Source: Candidatus Helarchaeota archaeon (GTDB lineage Archaea; Asgardarchaeota; Lokiarchaeia; Helarchaeales; RDOG01). Taken from it: 64,000 nucleotides of DNA. Below are positions 9,214 through 18,826 of the stretch, one piece after another. The DNA is taken from NCBI GenBank assembly GCA_019058315.1, contig JAHPZH010000001.1:977432-1041431 (forward strand), read 5' to 3'. A model generated the notes under the pieces. That model made no database searches and was not told where the DNA came from. It was given only the letters and a program-made list of their open reading frames with translations. Position 1 is the first letter of the stretch; each line of letters starts with the position of its first letter. A program made the translations under genes and the position numbers.

Positions 9214-10971
9214 ATGTCATTTATATTGAAAATTGCCTACGTTTTTTCTCCTTTTATTAAATTGGGTAACTCAGTGAAAAGGGCTGTTGTTCCATTTTTT
9301 AACCGTTTATCTGCTCCAAAACCCTCTGAGACCACTTTCGAGCTTGGTAAATGGAATAATGAAAAACTCGTTCAGACTAAATATGGTTTATTATCTGGTT
9401 TTTCAGACAAAAATTCTTGGTGTTGGAAGGGAATTCCTTATGCCACACCCCCTACTGGTCCCCTCCGTTGGAAAGCGCCACTTGATTGCATTCCCTGGAT
9501 TGGTGAACGTAAAGCAAAAAAATTTGGAAATTGGGCTGTCCAAGTAATGCCAATATTAGGTTCAATGGGTTCAGAGGACTGCCTTTACCTCAATATTTGG
9601 CGTCCTAAAAGCTCAGAAAGGGAATTACCTGTCTACCTTTTTATCCATGGAGGAGGAAATTCAATAGGTACATCTGCGCAATCAGACTATCATGGTAATG
9701 TGGTAGCAGATAAATCAAACATGGTCTATGTTTCAGTTAACTACCGTCTTGGAGCAATGGGCTGGTTTAAACACCCTGCAGTAACAAATTCTGGTTCACC
9801 TGAAGATCAAAGTGGGAATTTTGGAACTCTTGATATAATAAAATCACTGGAGTGGATACGAGATAATATAAGAGCATTTGGAGGTGATCCAAATAATGTT
9901 ACTATTGCAGGCGAGTCTGGTGGTGCCTTTAATGTGCTATCACTCCTTATTTCTCCTACTGCTAAAGGACTCTTCCATCGTGCTGTCGCAGAAAGTGGAT
10001 TATCTCTTATATGGAGTACTGAAACTGCAGAAGCTCAAAGTAACACTCTCCTAGCAACTCTCCTCGTAAAAGACCATAAAGCGAAGAATCAAGATAAAGC
10101 TGCTCAATTAATCAATGAAATGTCGGATGAAGAAATTAATGATTACTTTCGTTCACAATCTCCCTATAAAATCACAAAATACATCCCTACATTTGATTTT
10201 GGGATGGCACAATGGCTAAACATTTTCACCGATGGCACTGTAATACCCAAAGCTGGATATGATGTATTTTCATCTGGAGAATGGGCTAATAAAGTTCCAT
10301 TAATAATTGGCTGTACCAAGGATGAATTGAAGTTATTTGGCTGTTTTAGAAAAGATCCCCCGCGAAATTCCAGAGAATATGACTTGGTTTGGGGATATCG
10401 TTCCCTAATTTGGCGCGCGAGTGGTCTTGATTCTGTGGTTAGTAAAATGAATTCAAATTCCGAAGTTCCCATCTACGCATATCGATTTGATTGGGGAAGT
10501 CTTGACAATGATGGTATAAGTGTTCTACCAAAAACCAGGGGTCGAACCTTAGGTGCTCATCACGCCTCAGAAATCCCATTCTTTCTAGGGACAGGAATGG
10601 GTCAAATAGCCTGGTTAATTGGGAAAACCCATACTAAGCATAATCGAATCGGACGTGAGAAATTAAAGAAATTATGCATGAAGTATCTCGCCAATTTTGC
10701 CAGAACTGGCAATCCCAACAGTGAAAATCTTCCCCTTTGGTTTACTTGGGATAATACTGAAAAGAAAAATAAGGTTATTCTACTTGACGCAGGACTTAAA
10801 GATCTCAAAATTTCATACTTAACGGATATAATTACGGTTCAAACTGTTGTAAATCTCATTAATTCAGAGCTCAAAGAACCTGAACTGGGGAAAATTCTAT
10901 CATATCTCGATGAAAATATACCCTTTGGTATTAAAGAGGAAGAATATGAGTCTCACTTTTTTGCTCATTAG
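9214..10971 (+). CDS. Type-B carboxylesterase (PnbA-like alpha/beta hydrolase)
   Basis: GIPYA.PP.GPLRWKAP, SEDCLYLNIW, IHGGG, GGDPNNVTIAGESGG, AHHASEIPF. ATG at 9214 lies behind AGGTGA. Confidence 0.92.
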   Translation: MSFILKIAYVFSPFIKLGNSVKRAVVPFFNRLSAPKPSETTFELGKWNNEKLVQTKYGLLSGFSDKNSWCWKGIPYATPPTGPLRWKAPLDCIPWIGERKAKKFGNWAVQVMPILGSMGSEDCLYLNIWRPKSSERELPVYLFIHGGGNSIGTSAQSDYHGNVVADKSNMVYVSVNYRLGAMGWFKHPAVTNSGSPEDQSGNFGTLDIIKSLEWIRDNIRAFGGDPNNVTIAGESGGAFNVLSLLISPTAKGLFHRAVAESGLSLIWSTETAEAQSNTLLATLLVKDHKAKNQDKAAQLINEMSDEEINDYFRSQSPYKITKYIPTFDFGMAQWLNIFTDGTVIPKAGYDVFSSGEWANKVPLIIGCTKDELKLFGCFRKDPPRNSREYDLVWGYRSLIWRASGLDSVVSKMNSNSEVPIYAYRFDWGSLDNDGISVLPKTRGRTLGAHHASEIPFFLGTGMGQIAWLIGKTHTKHNRIGREKLKKLCMKYLANFARTGNPNSENLPLWFTWDNTEKKNKVILLDAGLKDLKISYLTDIITVQTVVNLINSELKEPELGKILSYLDENIPFGIKEEEYESHFFAH

Positions 10972-11017
10972 TGAGTCACCCAATATTATAAATAAGAATT
11001 TTAATATTTGTTTCATT

Positions 11018-11425
11018 ATGAGTAAAAAGAAAATTGCATATTGCGGAGATGTCTGCAGCTTTTGCCCCAGGTATGTGGCGACACAAAGTGGCAGCGAGGA
11101 AGAACTTAAAAAAGTCGCCATCCTATTAAAAAAAGTCGGCTGGAGAGACAAAATTTTACCCCCAGAAAAAATAAAGTGCCACGGCTGTCAAGACATCGAA
11201 ACCTGCGAATACGACGTTAAAGACTGCTGCATAGCACAGAATATCCCTAATTGCGGAAAATGCCCAAAATACCCCTGCCCTAAAATCGAACGTGCATTCG
11301 AAATCACTATGGCTAATATGGCTCGGTTTCGGATGATCCTGACGGAATCTGAATTTGCAACGTTTATGAGAGCATTTTTCTGGAAAAAAGCAAATTTAGA
11401 TGCTGAAAGAAATAAAGTCATTTAA
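11018..11425 (+). CDS. DUF3795-like Cys-rich protein
   Basis: IAYCGDVCSFCPRY ... CHGC ... C.VKDCC ... NCGKCPKYPC. The real start is ATG 11018, not 10910. Confidence 0.8.
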   Translation: MSKKKIAYCGDVCSFCPRYVATQSGSEEELKKVAILLKKVGWRDKILPPEKIKCHGCQDIETCEYDVKDCCIAQNIPNCGKCPKYPCPKIERAFEITMANMARFRMILTESEFATFMRAFFWKKANLDAERNKVI

Positions 11426-11536
11426 TTATTTTAACATTTAATTTTAAAGGTAGATATCACTATCGTTTATAAGATCATCTATCAACAATTTTCATGGATT
11501 TCAGCATTTTCGTATCAATTTTTGTTCTAACAATTT

Positions 11537-13036
11537 TTAAAGATTTAATTTAATTTTATTTTCTAGCCAGTCTATCAAATCCCCTACATTTACTCGAATT
11601 TGTTCTTTAGAATCTCTGAATCTTATTGTGACTGTATCAAAGTCCGGATTTTTTTTATCCAAAGTCTCATAATCTACAGTAATGCAATATGGTACACCAA
11701 TCTCATCTAGGCGTGCATACCTTTTACCAATAGACCCAACTTCGTCATAAAAAGCTCTAAACTTTTTCCGCAAAGTTCTATAAATCTCTTTAGCTTTTTC
11801 ATCAAGATTGTCCTTCTTCTGTAGTGGAAATATGCCAACATGATATGGAGCTAAATATGGGGGAATTCTGAGAATATTTCGACCATCTTCAATATAAAAA
11901 TTAGAATCTAATAATGCTAAAACATTTCTATCAACTCCAAAACTAAGCTCCAGCACGTTTAACAAGATTTTCCTTCCATCATCGATTTTAATGCTTAATT
12001 TCTTACTTGATCCTTTTTGATGACAAGATAAATCATAATCTCCGCGGTAGTGAAGACCGCCTACCTCTTTAAATCCTTTCAATTGTTGGAAATTAACCTC
12101 AAGATCAAAATGAATTTGGTTATAAAATGCCCTTTCCTTATCTGATTTTTCATAAAAACGGAATTTCTCTTTTGGTATTTGTAAGATGTCAAAATAGAAT
12201 TGTTGAATTTTAGCCATATGATAGATATAGAATTCGGGCAAACCTGTTATTTTTAATAATTCTTTACAACTTATTTTTTTAAATTCCCCTTCTACTCTAT
12301 CCTTAACTAAACAAACATTCATTTTATAATCTTTTACTGATTTAAAATCAAATAGTTCATTGAAATTTTTAGGATCATGAAATATTTGAAGTTCTGCTTG
12401 TGTAAATTCACGAACACGAAAAAAACCTTGACGAGGAGAAATCTCATTCCTAAATGCTTTGCCTATAATTGCTAATCCCATTGGAATTTTTCTTCTTAAA
12501 GCATTAAATTCTCGATAAAAATTTAAATATGCTCCTTGAGCAGTTTCTGGGCGTAAATATCCTTTATCTTTCCCTGTAGAACCCACAATCAATGGAAACA
12601 TCATATTAAAATCCATAGGTTTCCTTAAAGTTCCTCCACATTTGTCACATACAATTTTAAGATCTTGAATATATTTAAAAATTACATCTAAATCAGTTAA
12701 TTCTTCTTTTAATTCTATTTTCTCTTCTATTAGATGATCCCCTCTATATGTTTCTTTACATTTTGAACATTCTACTAAAACATCAGTAAAATGATCTACG
12801 TGCCCTGAAGCTTTTAATACCGCTTCTGGCAGAATATTGCTCGATTCGATAAGATAATAATTATCACCGAGATTTAAAAAGTAATCAATCCAAATGGTTT
12901 CCCAATTGCGCTTGATTAACGTTCCTAAATGTCCATAATCATAAAATCCCGCAAGACCACCATATAGATCCGCAGTTTGCCAAAAAAAGCCCCGCTTCTT
13001 AATGAACTCATTGAATGCAATATCGTAATCACTCAA
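11537..13036 (-). CDS. glyS: Glycine--tRNA ligase (archaeal/eukaryote alpha2 type)
   Basis: YGGLAGFYDYG, ASGHVDHF, YLRPETAQG, FRNEISPR, REFTQAE, ELSFGVDR, GSIGKRYARLDEIG. Likely TTG start at 13036, 6 nt after an AGGTG SD. Confidence 0.97.
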   Translation of the reverse strand: MSDYDIAFNEFIKKRGFFWQTADLYGGLAGFYDYGHLGTLIKRNWETIWIDYFLNLGDNYYLIESSNILPEAVLKASGHVDHFTDVLVECSKCKETYRGDHLIEEKIELKEELTDLDVIFKYIQDLKIVCDKCGGTLRKPMDFNMMFPLIVGSTGKDKGYLRPETAQGAYLNFYREFNALRRKIPMGLAIIGKAFRNEISPRQGFFRVREFTQAELQIFHDPKNFNELFDFKSVKDYKMNVCLVKDRVEGEFKKISCKELLKITGLPEFYIYHMAKIQQFYFDILQIPKEKFRFYEKSDKERAFYNQIHFDLEVNFQQLKGFKEVGGLHYRGDYDLSCHQKGSSKKLSIKIDDGRKILLNVLELSFGVDRNVLALLDSNFYIEDGRNILRIPPYLAPYHVGIFPLQKKDNLDEKAKEIYRTLRKKFRAFYDEVGSIGKRYARLDEIGVPYCITVDYETLDKKNPDFDTVTIRFRDSKEQIRVNVGDLIDWLENKIKLNL

Positions 13037-13195
13037 GGAAAACACCTTAATTTAATTCGAATCTTATTTTTTATCCAACATTGAAAAATAATATTATAAA
13101 TTGTGTTTATCAATTTAATACAACAAATTATTTTTTCGGGTAGATGATTTTTTTCAAGCTGTCATCATATTAACACAAATAATAAGGTATTTAAA

Positions 13196-13621
13196 ATGAC
13201 GGAAAGTGAAGAAACGGATAGTGAAGAAATTACAGGTGTAATTAAGGCGATAGATGACTTAAAGGGTATAGCAAACTTCTTTGATGAGTTTAAAGATGAC
13301 TACGTAAAGATTTCAAGAGAATTATCAAAAATGTCTAAAGAATTTGAAAGTATGGCAAAAGTAAAGGGAGAAAAAATCAAATTACGTGAAATTTTAGCTC
13401 TTTCAATGACTTTATTGACTGAAGTGTTTGGTGCACAACCACATTCGAAAATACTTTTCTTATTACATGGTGTTGAGGAAATGTCAAGGGATTCATTAAC
13501 TAAAGCTTCTGGAATTTCTGCAGCAGCGATTAGACATGCTTTAGCTGATCTAAACTCCGCTAAGCTTGTAGAATATGATGTAGAAAAAGAAACCGCAAAA
13601 TTACTTAAACGCATCTATTAA
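13196..13621 (+). CDS. Coiled-coil + winged-HTH protein (putative regulator)
   Basis: C-terminal KILFLL..EEMSRDSLTKASGISAAAIRHALADL...KLVEY resembles a wHTH. N-terminal amphipathic helices. Confidence 0.7.
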   Translation: MTESEETDSEEITGVIKAIDDLKGIANFFDEFKDDYVKISRELSKMSKEFESMAKVKGEKIKLREILALSMTLLTEVFGAQPHSKILFLLHGVEEMSRDSLTKASGISAAAIRHALADLNSAKLVEYDVEKETAKLLKRIY

Positions 13622-13708
13622 TTTCTTTTTTTATAAAATAAAAAAGATAAAATATTTGTTCTTACTAATAATTAATAACCACCTTCAAAAGAGGAGGATT
13701 AATTAAAT

Positions 13709-13864
13709 ATGGTATTATGTTATTTTTGTAATAATAAGGCTGAAAATAATTGTAATGATTGTAATATGCCAGTTTGTAAATTGCATAGCGTGATTATTGA
13801 AAAACAATCATCGACAGGAGAGACTATAGCGGCTCCATATTGTCCAAATTGTTCAACAAAATGA
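13709..13864 (+). CDS. 51-aa stand-alone zinc finger (B-box/AN1-like), absent from the ORF track
   Basis: MVLCYFCNNKAENNCNDCNMPVCKLHSVIIEKQSSTGETIAAPYCPNCSTK*: CxxC-x7-CxxC-x4-CxxH-x18-CxxC. Strong SD GAGGAGG at 13691-13697. Confidence 0.8.
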   Translation: MVLCYFCNNKAENNCNDCNMPVCKLHSVIIEKQSSTGETIAAPYCPNCSTK

Positions 13865-13920
13865 ATTAATTCTTTTTCTCTTATATCTCTTCATAGTTGA
13901 ATTTATCAGAGTTAAACAAA

Positions 13921-14148
13921 ATGGTCAATTCATCAAATGATAATCCTCTAAATGAAAAAGATAAGAAGAAATTTGTCAAAGAGATGATGAAACTAGCGAC
14001 AAAGACAAAAAAAAGCTCAAAGGAAGAAATTAGCATTCACGTTGATAAAAAAATTCGGAGATTTGAATCAATACAGGAATTAATTTATATTATCACTGTC
14101 ATTTTAGCTTTCATATTAACTTATATAATTTTAATGTCCAATTATTAG
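13921..14148 (+). CDS. Small basic protein with one C-terminal TM helix (tail-anchored)
   Basis: Lys-rich N-terminus then LIYIITVILAFILTYIILM. Start is ATG 13921 or TTG 13897. Confidence 0.55.
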   Translation: MVNSSNDNPLNEKDKKKFVKEMMKLATKTKKSSKEEISIHVDKKIRRFESIQELIYIITVILAFILTYIILMSNY

Positions 14149-14175
14149 TAGGATACAATTAAAAAGTGATAAGGT

Positions 14176-15345
14176 ATGGACTCCCGAGAAAGAATTTTAA
14201 CCGCTTTGGATGGAGATCAACCCGATAGAGTCCCGATTTTTGAATTAGGAATTGATAACACACATCAATCTTATAGTTCTTTCTATAATATACTACCTGG
14301 ATTACAAGGGTATATGCAAAATAGGTTTAATAACACATTACTTCGTTTTCTCGCTAAAATAGGTGGAAAATCAATCCTTAGGAGAGCCATGAGATGGATT
14401 GGAATGACAGTGGGAAAAATTGCAAATTTAGAATTGCTAAAAACAGCTCTGCGTTTTGGAATTGATGGAACCTCTCTTATGATAGGCAGTTTATTTGCTA
14501 CAAATAGTAAGATATCCAGTAAAATCGATTATTATGTTGATGAATATGGAAGAATGGGCTCAATTTCAAAAAATACTTTTGCTTGGTATAAAGGAGGTAT
14601 AATGACTCCAGAATTACTAGATGAATGGGGTTTTCCAAATCCTCTTGATCCTACCCGTTTAGCTATTTTCCACCATGCCCAAGAAATAAATAAAGATAAT
14701 AAACTTTTATTGTCTATTATGCCAGGAGGCTTATTTGAAACCTTATATGAAGCCGTAGGGCTTGAAAAATTCTTTTATTATCTTTACGATAATCCTTCTT
14801 TTATTAGAAGACTTTTTGATCTTCAAAAAAAATTCCTTATAGAACTTGGGAAATATGTTATAGATCATGGAACGGAAGTAATAGTATTAGGGGATGATTC
14901 AGCTTATAAGAATGGACCGATGATGAGCCCAAAATTATTTGAAAAATATTTATTCCCAAGATATAAGGAAATTTGTGACACATTTCATAAAAAAGGTGCA
15001 AAAGTCTTATTGCATTCAGATGGGGATACTCATTTGCTAATAGATGGTTGGATCAAATCTGGGGTTGATGCAATTCATCCTTGGGAACCACCGATGATGA
15101 ATTTAAAGGAAGCAAAAGAAAAATGGGGTAATAAAATCTGTATTTGTGGAAATGTAGATTGTGGAATTACTTTAATGTATGGTCCAAAGCAGAGAATAAT
15201 TGATGAGGTAAAGCAATGCATTAAAGATGCCGCTAATGGAGGAGGTTACATGCTGAGTAGTTCAAATTCAATTCATTTTGGCATTCCTATTAAAAATTTT
15301 CAGATTATGCTTGATGCTGGTAGAAAATTTGGTGTATATGATTAA
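14176..15345 (+). CDS. URO-D superfamily protein (uroporphyrinogen decarboxylase / methyltransferase-like)
   Basis: MDSRERILTAL....PDRVPIFE, GDDSAYKNGPMMSP, LHSDG, ICGNVD, LSSSNSIH. Confidence 0.85.
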   Translation: MDSRERILTALDGDQPDRVPIFELGIDNTHQSYSSFYNILPGLQGYMQNRFNNTLLRFLAKIGGKSILRRAMRWIGMTVGKIANLELLKTALRFGIDGTSLMIGSLFATNSKISSKIDYYVDEYGRMGSISKNTFAWYKGGIMTPELLDEWGFPNPLDPTRLAIFHHAQEINKDNKLLLSIMPGGLFETLYEAVGLEKFFYYLYDNPSFIRRLFDLQKKFLIELGKYVIDHGTEVIVLGDDSAYKNGPMMSPKLFEKYLFPRYKEICDTFHKKGAKVLLHSDGDTHLLIDGWIKSGVDAIHPWEPPMMNLKEAKEKWGNKICICGNVDCGITLMYGPKQRIIDEVKQCIKDAANGGGYMLSSSNSIHFGIPIKNFQIMLDAGRKFGVYD

Positions 15346-15404
15346 AATGAATAATAAAGGATGAAATTAGAAATATTAAAATGGAAGAAAAAACGAGCTA
15401 GGAT

Positions 15405-18400
15405 TTATTCGGATAACTCTGAAATTTTATTTTTAATATCTCTAAATGTCTGATAAAATAATTCATCAAAAAAGTCTTTTTCAAATTTACTATGAAGAGT
15501 ATTCCCTATATCTGCAAGTTCTTCTAGGATATCGTTATAATTTTCACGTAAAATATTAAAACTATGTGATAGGATTAAATTACCAAAATTTTCTTCTTTT
15601 TCTTCTAATTTTATTGAATCGAATAATATTCCGATAATATCTGTTTTATTTTCACTTTTCAATATGCTTTTTCCAAATATATTATCTAATTCATCTTCAG
15701 TTAGGGTCTCTGTCAGTGTAGAACTTAATTTTAATGGAAAGGAATAAATTGGAACACTATCTTGATAATTAATCTTTGAAATCAAGAAGGGTCTTAACGA
15801 TTCGTCATTAAGTACTTCTAAAATTAGCATTTTTCTTAAAGTCACTAATGATTCGACATTTATCTTAATTTCATCTAACTTTTCATTATAGTTTATTTTT
15901 TGATTTTTTACTTTTTGGTCAAGTTCAAAGGGAAGTAAATTTCTATCATCAAATATTAATGATCTAATGAAAATTTTATCACAAAGAGCAAAATAAGGTA
16001 TGTCAAATAACTTTTTATTCTTTTTCAACAACCTATTTTGGATTTCAGCTATAGTTTTTGCATCAGGATATTTCTTGGGGGTATATTTTAAGTATTTCTT
16101 TTGAATAACACTATTTAAGTTCTTTTCAAGTATATCAAATTCTTTTTCTGCACTCTTTCTGATATTCTTTTGCACTTTTAAATAGGTATTTTTAATTTTT
16201 TTAAGGTTTATATCCTTAAAATCGTCATCACTTTTTCCTTCCGGAAAAGCATAAAGAGCATCAACGTTGAATTTTTTTTCTTTAACCATAGAAATTAATT
16301 TTTCATTTAATTTATGTAGATCATAATATTCAAGAATAATTTCAAGATTTTTAATTGAGTTTAATTTAAAATTTTTGTTTTTTCTCCTCAATTCATTCGG
16401 AATTGTTGAAAAAGAATCCATAAAATAGGATTCGCTCTCTCCAATTATTTTAAATACTTCTCTTTTCATAATTTTAAATATCTCATCTAATTCTTTCCCC
16501 TCAATCAAACACTCAATGCAACTTGAACATTGGAAATTAGGAGGAATGAGTGGAAGAACTTTAGGGAAGTATATGGTTTTAAATTGAGAATTTTCAACTT
16601 CTGAAATTAAAGCTTTTAAAACATAAAAGTATTTTAAAATATTAATAAAAAATATCAATTGATCAAGAAAAATTTTCAGTAATTCACTAGAAGTAAAAAT
16701 GAAATTATTATTTTCTTCTTTGACAGATCCAAAAATTTCATTATAAATATCTAAATATATCATTAATAAAGAATTAAGAAAATCTTCTCTTACACTAGCT
16801 AAGCCCTCAGGAGTTGATTTAGGAATATTTTTAATAGTTTTTTCTATTAATGCAGATTGGAAAACTTCAATAAAAAAAGATTGATTTCCTTTTGTTAATT
16901 CTTTATCATTTATTTCATATTTTTTTAGTTCATTTAAAAATTCATTCTGTAAATTAGCTTTTTTAATTATATCAAAAAATGTATTAATTGCATGACTTTC
17001 AATAGGCTTATTTAAATAATTTTCGAGAAATAAAATCGCAAGATCTAAAAGTTTTCTTTGTTTTGCTTGTTTCCTATCAGTTTGTTTATCTAATTTTTCA
17101 ATTATATCTGAAAGAATACTTACAGGTCCAATCTCTTTAAAAAACAAATCTGAAAAATTTTTGAATTCGGTCATCAAAGATTTTTCTATTAAGCCAAAAT
17201 ATTCAGGATTGTTTATAAAAATCTCAATATTTTCATTAAAATCATCAAAAACTAAATTTATTGCATTTTGAATATAATTCATCTTTAGATCTTTAGAAAT
17301 TTCTTGAATTTTTTCATTTTGATCTATTAATTCCATATAAAGATCTGGAATTTTTTTCAATTCGCCCATAAGGTCTCCGAATTTCTTTTCAAAATGCATT
17401 TTTGTTTGGTTTAATACATGAATTTCAGTCAATGCAGAAATAAGATTATCAATTTCAGAAACATCTTGATGATTTCGAACGAGTTCTTCTTTTTCCTTTT
17501 CTAATTGTGATTTTATTTTCTTTATATTTAAGTCTTCTAATGAATTAGATAATTCAATATTATATTTTGATAAACTTTCTTGATTTAAACCTGTTGTTCT
17601 AAATTCTGCTTGATTTAATATCTTAATTTCTTCTTCGTTTAATTCTTTTATTGCCTCAATCATATCAATTTGTTCTAGATTAAATGAATGGTTAGAAATA
17701 TTAGATGTACCCAAAAATTCAGCGTTTAAACAAGTTATTGTAAATGTCAAATTTTCATGATATTTATTTAATTCATCTTTTAAATTTGGTAGGGAATTTA
17801 TTAATTGAAGAAATTTTTTCATGATTATTTTTTCTTTTTGCTCCCTAATTTCGTTTAGCACTTTAGTTTGTCCAATAAATTTATCAATATCATTTTCTAT
17901 CGATTTAATTATTTGTTTTTGTGCTTTTTCTGCCTCATAACTATTAAAAAAGATAATTGGTTCTATTTGCTTAAATTTTGTATAATAGACCCTTTTTATG
18001 ATTGAAGGAATTTTATTTTTTAATTCTTCTTTAAAATTTATTTTTAATTGTTCTGATGTGAACCAAGAATTATATCCCTCAGATATCCATCTTTTAATTG
18101 AATTTCTAAACACATTAATTACAGATTCTTGAGAGGGGACTCTAGTAGCTGAAAATTCCCCAATTAATTTCCGAATAAGAATTTGTTCACTTAATATCTC
18201 ACCGAATCGTCTGATTTTAGTTGTATCTTCATCTTTAATTTCTGGAGGACCTACATGAAAAACTGTAATTAATTCTGGAAATTTAGGGAATGGTATTTGC
18301 TGCCCTACATCTTTATAAATGTCATTTGCAAAGTTGAAACCTTCTAATAGATTGGAACTTGAATAAATTACCCTGCTTCCATCTTCTAAAATATCCCCTC

Positions 18401-18545
18401 CTTTTAATTTTATCTTAGTTGACAAAGCTTCTTCTGTTGCGGAGATTGAGCCACTAGTTAAACCTGAAAAAATTTCTTGGTCTGTCCAATTTAATGAAAT
18501 TAAATCCATGCCATTGTCTTTATCAATAACAGTAAGTTTTGTCAT
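15405..18545 (-). CDS. Large helical / coiled-coil hypothetical protein, possibly with an N-terminal longin-like domain
   Basis: 1046-aa ORF rich in E/K/L/I heptads. The N-terminus LTVIDKDNGMDLI...EIFSGLTS..ISATEE resembles longin beta-beta-alpha starts. Confidence 0.6.
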   Translation of the reverse strand: MTKLTVIDKDNGMDLISLNWTDQEIFSGLTSGSISATEEALSTKIKLKGGDILEDGSRVIYSSSNLLEGFNFANDIYKDVGQQIPFPKFPELITVFHVGPPEIKDEDTTKIRRFGEILSEQILIRKLIGEFSATRVPSQESVINVFRNSIKRWISEGYNSWFTSEQLKINFKEELKNKIPSIIKRVYYTKFKQIEPIIFFNSYEAEKAQKQIIKSIENDIDKFIGQTKVLNEIREQKEKIIMKKFLQLINSLPNLKDELNKYHENLTFTITCLNAEFLGTSNISNHSFNLEQIDMIEAIKELNEEEIKILNQAEFRTTGLNQESLSKYNIELSNSLEDLNIKKIKSQLEKEKEELVRNHQDVSEIDNLISALTEIHVLNQTKMHFEKKFGDLMGELKKIPDLYMELIDQNEKIQEISKDLKMNYIQNAINLVFDDFNENIEIFINNPEYFGLIEKSLMTEFKNFSDLFFKEIGPVSILSDIIEKLDKQTDRKQAKQRKLLDLAILFLENYLNKPIESHAINTFFDIIKKANLQNEFLNELKKYEINDKELTKGNQSFFIEVFQSALIEKTIKNIPKSTPEGLASVREDFLNSLLMIYLDIYNEIFGSVKEENNNFIFTSSELLKIFLDQLIFFINILKYFYVLKALISEVENSQFKTIYFPKVLPLIPPNFQCSSCIECLIEGKELDEIFKIMKREVFKIIGESESYFMDSFSTIPNELRRKNKNFKLNSIKNLEIILEYYDLHKLNEKLISMVKEKKFNVDALYAFPEGKSDDDFKDINLKKIKNTYLKVQKNIRKSAEKEFDILEKNLNSVIQKKYLKYTPKKYPDAKTIAEIQNRLLKKNKKLFDIPYFALCDKIFIRSLIFDDRNLLPFELDQKVKNQKINYNEKLDEIKINVESLVTLRKMLILEVLNDESLRPFLISKINYQDSVPIYSFPLKLSSTLTETLTEDELDNIFGKSILKSENKTDIIGILFDSIKLEEKEENFGNLILSHSFNILRENYNDILEELADIGNTLHSKFEKDFFDELFYQTFRDIKNKISELSE

Positions 18546-18826
18546 CTAAATCAACGTGCTATAGAGATTTTCTAGCCATTTAATTATTCTTTTTTATAAT
18601 ATTAATTACATAATCTTCAAAATATAATTCAATTTTTAAATAAATTCGCGACAATACAATTTTGGAGATGTTTTTCTACTCTAATTCAATTGTAATGTTT
18701 CAAATAATTTAAAGTTTTTTAGAAATCTTATTAACAGTTTTTTTAGATTATCTTTAAAACATATAATTAAATTTTTATTCAAATTCCTATCATCTTTCAA
18801 TTATTATATAATGGAGAAAAATAACG

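Noticed and set aside
15405-18545. SMC/Rad50 ATPase
   Set aside because: No Walker A/B or signature motif.
18546-18826. ncRNA or tRNA in the longest intergenic gap
   Set aside because: Very AT-rich with no GC stems or cloverleaf; consistent with a divergent promoter region.
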